Part shown: positions 60,190-64,000 of the stretch, one piece after another
Numbering within the stretch: the stretch's first letter is position 1
Layout: every line of letters starts with the position of its first letter
Assembly: GCA_011109175.1 (NCBI GenBank)
Contig: RDEW01000026.1
Location: 637,695-701,694 of the forward strand
DNA from: Dicyema japonicum
Taxonomy: Eukaryota > Animalia > Dicyemida
DNA: 64,000 nt
Reading direction: 5' to 3'
Notes under the pieces: generated by a model
Seen by the model: only the letters and a program-made list of their open reading frames with translations
Told to the model about the DNA's origin: nothing
The model's database searches: none
Translations under genes and position numbers: made by a program

Positions 60190-60660
60190 AAAAATCACAA
60201 GATGCTCTTAATTAGTAAAGAAGAAATGAGGACTATTGCTCAGGAGATTCACCAGAAAAATCACTGTGGACATAACGTTCTGGATGCGCTTTGTCGTAGG
60301 AGATTTTGCGCTATCAAAAGAACTGTTATTCGTCAAGTTGTAAAATACTGCAAATTTGCAGTGCCTCTCAAGCAGTACCTCTATCGAAAATGATGGCTTC
60401 AGATGACAAGAGTGAATAAAGCACATTTGAAAGGCTGTGTTTTTATACAATCAAACGCCTCACTCATCAACAGGTAACTTTGTGCTTTATTTTTTTTGTA
60501 GGTGTTAGTCCGTTTCAGAGATATCGAGGGATTCCGGATACAACACCATTGTGAAAAATACTAGACGGTGAAGACAACGTGGAAAGTGTGGATAATATTG
60601 CTGAATTAACAGAGCCAGACGGTAAAGACAGCCCGAAACATATAGTAAAGGTTTTTTGTC
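60190..60660 (+). pseudogene. Gypsy-type integrase (Ginger/GIN-like) remnant with a 28-nt intron; DDE core deleted
   Basis: H2C2 region IHQKNHCGHN...VVKYC; then KAVFLYNQTPHSSTG|VSPFQRYRG, joined only by removing GT-AG 60474-60501. Confidence 0.7.
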
Positions 60661-60849
60661 TATAATGTTACAAAAATGATTACAAATTTGATTTTTCTCG
60701 GGTAGACATGAATTCTCCCTACAACAAAATAAACACAAACAGCAACTTACAACAAAATAACACACCGTATTAAAAAGATAATTATCAATAATTAATGTTT
60801 GCTTTAAAATAATTGATTATTTTATTTTTTGACAATGATTGATATTGAT

Positions 60850-61470
60850 TTCAGCTATCAGAAATAACGTCTGTGGCTCGGAACCTGCTGTGGCATAATG
60901 TTCCCGACGTAGAAAAGAAAAAATTCTTGTCTATCAAGAGGCAATACATTACTTTACTTCTTGGGCCGATATTTTTGTTGACAACTATTCTTGAGAACAT
61001 AACTTCCCCCATCTTCAAAACACCCAAATATACAAAGTCTAACAGCATGATAACGATTTATTTTTTTTTAAAATGACTTTTCCGAATTCATCTCCAGGCC
61101 GGAAACATGAAAGAACTCGCGAACAACTTCCATCATTTGAATAACAGTGTCTTCTTTTAGCTTAAATATCATTAGATCGTCAAAAAAACAAATGATTGGT
61201 AGAATTAGTCAGAGTATTAGGATCCTCCTGATTAATTTATAGTTTTGGGGACATAGAGTTAAGGGTCTGCTTTAGGGTTCCATTACCAGAATCTCCTTGC
61301 AGAATTCCACGTCCCAGCTTTACAGAACCAATTCTTCTTCCATCTAAATGGAGATATACAGTCCACATCTTGACTATGGTCTTTACAAAGTTAACAATCC
61401 AACTAAGTGTTCCTTAAGAGTCCAATACATTAAATAAAAATTCATGATCAACAGAATCAAAAGAATAGAT
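60850..61470 (-). mobile_element. R4-like fragments (family B-like RT and knuckle pieces)
   Basis: Aligns by eye to 15540-15950; NIGPRSKVMYCLLIDKNFFF. Confidence 0.75.
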
Positions 61471-61905
61471 GATATAATTAATTATACCTATTGATTATTT
61501 ATGACCTAATTGGGCTAATATTGAAATCAAATTATATGTGATTCACCACCAAACAAAATTTACTACACTAATCCATATATTCAAACAATGATGAAACACT
61601 CACCATGTTCTGTTGTAAAACTGAGTCATCCGTAAAATGTTCTCTTTACGACTCTATTCAAACTTAGTCATCCTGCAATGTAAATAACCCCTGTGGTCAT
61701 CACCCGTATGGAATGTCAACTTGGGTATTCTCTTAATATGGGTGTGCAGCGCATGAAACACCAATACAGGTAATAGGCCCCAAGAAGAGAAGGCTGAATT
61801 AGAGGGACGTTATAAAATAATTACTTTTAAATAAGCATTGTTAATGTTTTTGAGTTTGGTAGTCCATAAAATTATTAACCCAAAAAGTGATTTATTAGCA
61901 AAAAA

Positions 61906-62314
61906 TTAAATCCCAAAACTAAGTTGTCTTTTTCTAAGTAAAAGACTAATTCCCAGCATAATGAAACAGCCAGTTAAGAATAAGGTAATATGACGAGTCT
62001 CATGAATACCATGTGGAATGCAGGGCGTCTTATATATGAACTGACCGCATCCACCGTTAAAATAATGATTCCCATACTTACAAGCTGTAAAGTCATCATT
62101 ACTAGAGCATTCCTTGCACTCCCTAAAGTTAATTTTCCAATCAGGACAAATGATGTCTTGTTTTAGTCACTTAACCAACCATGTTTGGAGATACTGAACC
62201 CAAATAGAAAGTGATAGACTCCCAAGAAAACATACCCCCTTAAATAGTACATTAATTATACCCAATCATAGTTATGAGTACTATGAGCACTGATAGCAAC
62301 AAAGCACTACGCAT
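61906..62314 (-). CDS. Candidate spliced gene, 120-aa membrane protein with Cys-rich loop
   Basis: Exons 62314-62262, 62238-62180, 62156-61906; two 23-nt GT-AG introns. Hydrophobic N-terminus, six loop Cys, TM ITLFLTGCFIMLGISLLL then RKR; AATAAA 10 nt after the stop. Confidence 0.5.
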
Positions 62315-62324
62315 ATTTAATTAT

Positions 62325-62352
62325 GATTATTATTATTAAAGCCAAAGAAACA
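62325..62352 (-). repeat. LINE 3'-terminal stub with (TAA)n
   Basis: Reverse complement TGTTTCTTTGGCTTTAATAATAATAAT matches the 3' end at 857-890. Confidence 0.65.
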
Positions 62353-62389
62353 ATATTAATTTATTAATTAATGTAAATAATAAAAAGCA

Positions 62390-64000
62390 TGCTATTTTGA
62401 ACGATAAACATGGTGACATCTCCGGACTTATCCGTCTGCTCACCTCGTCTTTCCCGATCATTAATTGGACGGTCCGTTATGCCCTCCGGAGCGACCACCA
62501 TTCAATGATAATGAAGCTGAACTGCGAACCACGCTTTGTACCGAAGCCTATTCATTTCTATGATTACAAAAATGCAAATTGGACTGGCTTTACAAATTTC
62601 GTTGATTCAAAACTGCAACATTTCCAACCTGAAAATTTCTCCTCCAAAGACAAAGCTGTATATTATTTCAACAAAATAATCATTGACGGGAGAAATATTT
62701 TTATCAGACGGGCGAAAAATTGAAATACGACTCAAAAACAAAAAAAATAATTATGGAAAGAAACAACCTTAAGAGAATGATACATCGTTCACGAGAGGTC
62801 ATTAATCGAATCAGGTCACTAACATTCTTATCAACGAAAAGCACAAACAACACCCAAAGGAAGAAACTTTGCGAATCTCTGCTGCCATGAATAATCAGAC
62901 CTCAATTTCCAACATGTGGAAGGTGTTGAGACGTCTTAAGAAACCAGAAAACGAAGATAACAAAAAATAATGTCAGCTCAATCTGAATAAACTTATGAAT
63001 CATTTTATCCGATTCAATAACATTCTTTATTAAAAAATAACACACAACCAAAAATAAACAGAAATTTAATCAAAATGGCCCCGCTGACTTATTTTCTTCC
63101 TAAAGATGTATACAAAGCAACATCGATTCAGATAAAAACAAACTCATGTGGCCCAGATGGAATTGCTTTTATTCTGCTGAAACACTTGGGACAAACATCA
63201 ATAAATGCATTAACAAACATCTACAACACCTCGCTAATCATAAATACCATAACGACTCAATGGAAACTATCAAAAATTCGACCAATATTGAAGCCGGGAA
63301 GACCGAAGAACGATCCCGGCTCTTACAGACCAGTTTCCCTTATATGTGTTTTGTCGAGGATCCTGGAGAAACTGGTCCTAAAAGTTATTCGCCCTTTTCT
63401 CCACAACCTACATTCCAACATGGCTTCAAGGAAGGATTATCAACAACCTCCTTCCTAACAACATTAATGAAGCTCATAACTGAAGGACACAAAAACAAGC
63501 CAAAACAGGAAAAATCGGTCATATGTACGATCGACATTCAAAAAGCTTTCGACTCTGTCCCAAGAAAGATCCTCATACGAAAAATATTTTTGACAAAAAT
63601 TGATGCACCATTAAAGTTATAGTTAGCAGATTTCTTAAGTGGACGCCGAGGGAAAGTGTCCGTCGGAAACAAGAGTTCCAGATCGGGATTATTACCCAAT
63701 GGTGTACTCCAGGGATCTCCTCTGTCACCAATCTTCTTTAATTTGTTTTTGAATGATCTCCCCGTACCTATGAATAATAATGACATGCTACTTTCCTATG
63801 CCGATGACATAGTAGAAACGTAAATGTCGAACATGCTAAGAAAGACTACAAGGAATACTAAATAACATATTTGGATGGTTGTGCGAAAATCGATTAAATG
63901 CATGTTCCGAAAAGTCAGCAGTCACTCTATTTACTAAGAATAGAATGATGGGAACGCAAACAATTGATGTCACGTTAAATGGAGTACCTATACCACAAAA
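62390..64000 (+). mobile_element. Degenerate Jockey/I-like LINE, APE end and RT (runs off the window)
   Basis: RSDHHSM, SCGPDGI, SYRPVSL, QHGFKEG, IDIQKAFDSV, GVLQGSPLSP, SYADDI. Confidence 0.9.

Overview
AT-rich eukaryotic nuclear DNA, mostly a nested graveyard of transposable elements. Non-LTR retrotransposons include R4/Dong-like RLE elements (at least four subfamilies), CRE-clade RLE elements, two RTE-clade families and Jockey/I-like APE-RT elements. There is also a Helitron, pogo/Tigger and hAT DNA transposons, a Ginger/GIN-like integrase remnant and a two-copy tRNA-derived SINE. No prokaryotic features (operons, CRISPR, rRNA) are seen. The main hidden signal is three host-gene models that the ORF track breaks up or misses because they are split by ultra-short GT-AG introns of 21-24 nt: a 261-aa five-exon gene (21846-22725, -), a 68-aa signal-peptide plus TM microprotein (41531-41758, +) and a 120-aa Cys-rich membrane protein (61906-62314, -). 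A 28-nt intron also splits a transposon integrase motif. Every 3n-length intron contains an in-frame stop. Introns this small with a standard genetic code resemble those reported for dicyemid mesozoans; this is an inference, and microsporidia and other reduced parasites are alternatives. Other highlights: a nearly intact 3023-bp RTE with a perfect 26-bp target-site duplication inside a CRE 3' end, a 2A-like (StopGo) motif ahead of an APE domain, a PHD finger at the N-terminus of a CRE element, STPR-like 23-aa repeats in the Helitron, and two LINEs with 5'-inversion (twin-priming) geometry. All calls are by eye from sequence and motif knowledge; no database searches were run, and boundaries of degenerate elements are approximate.
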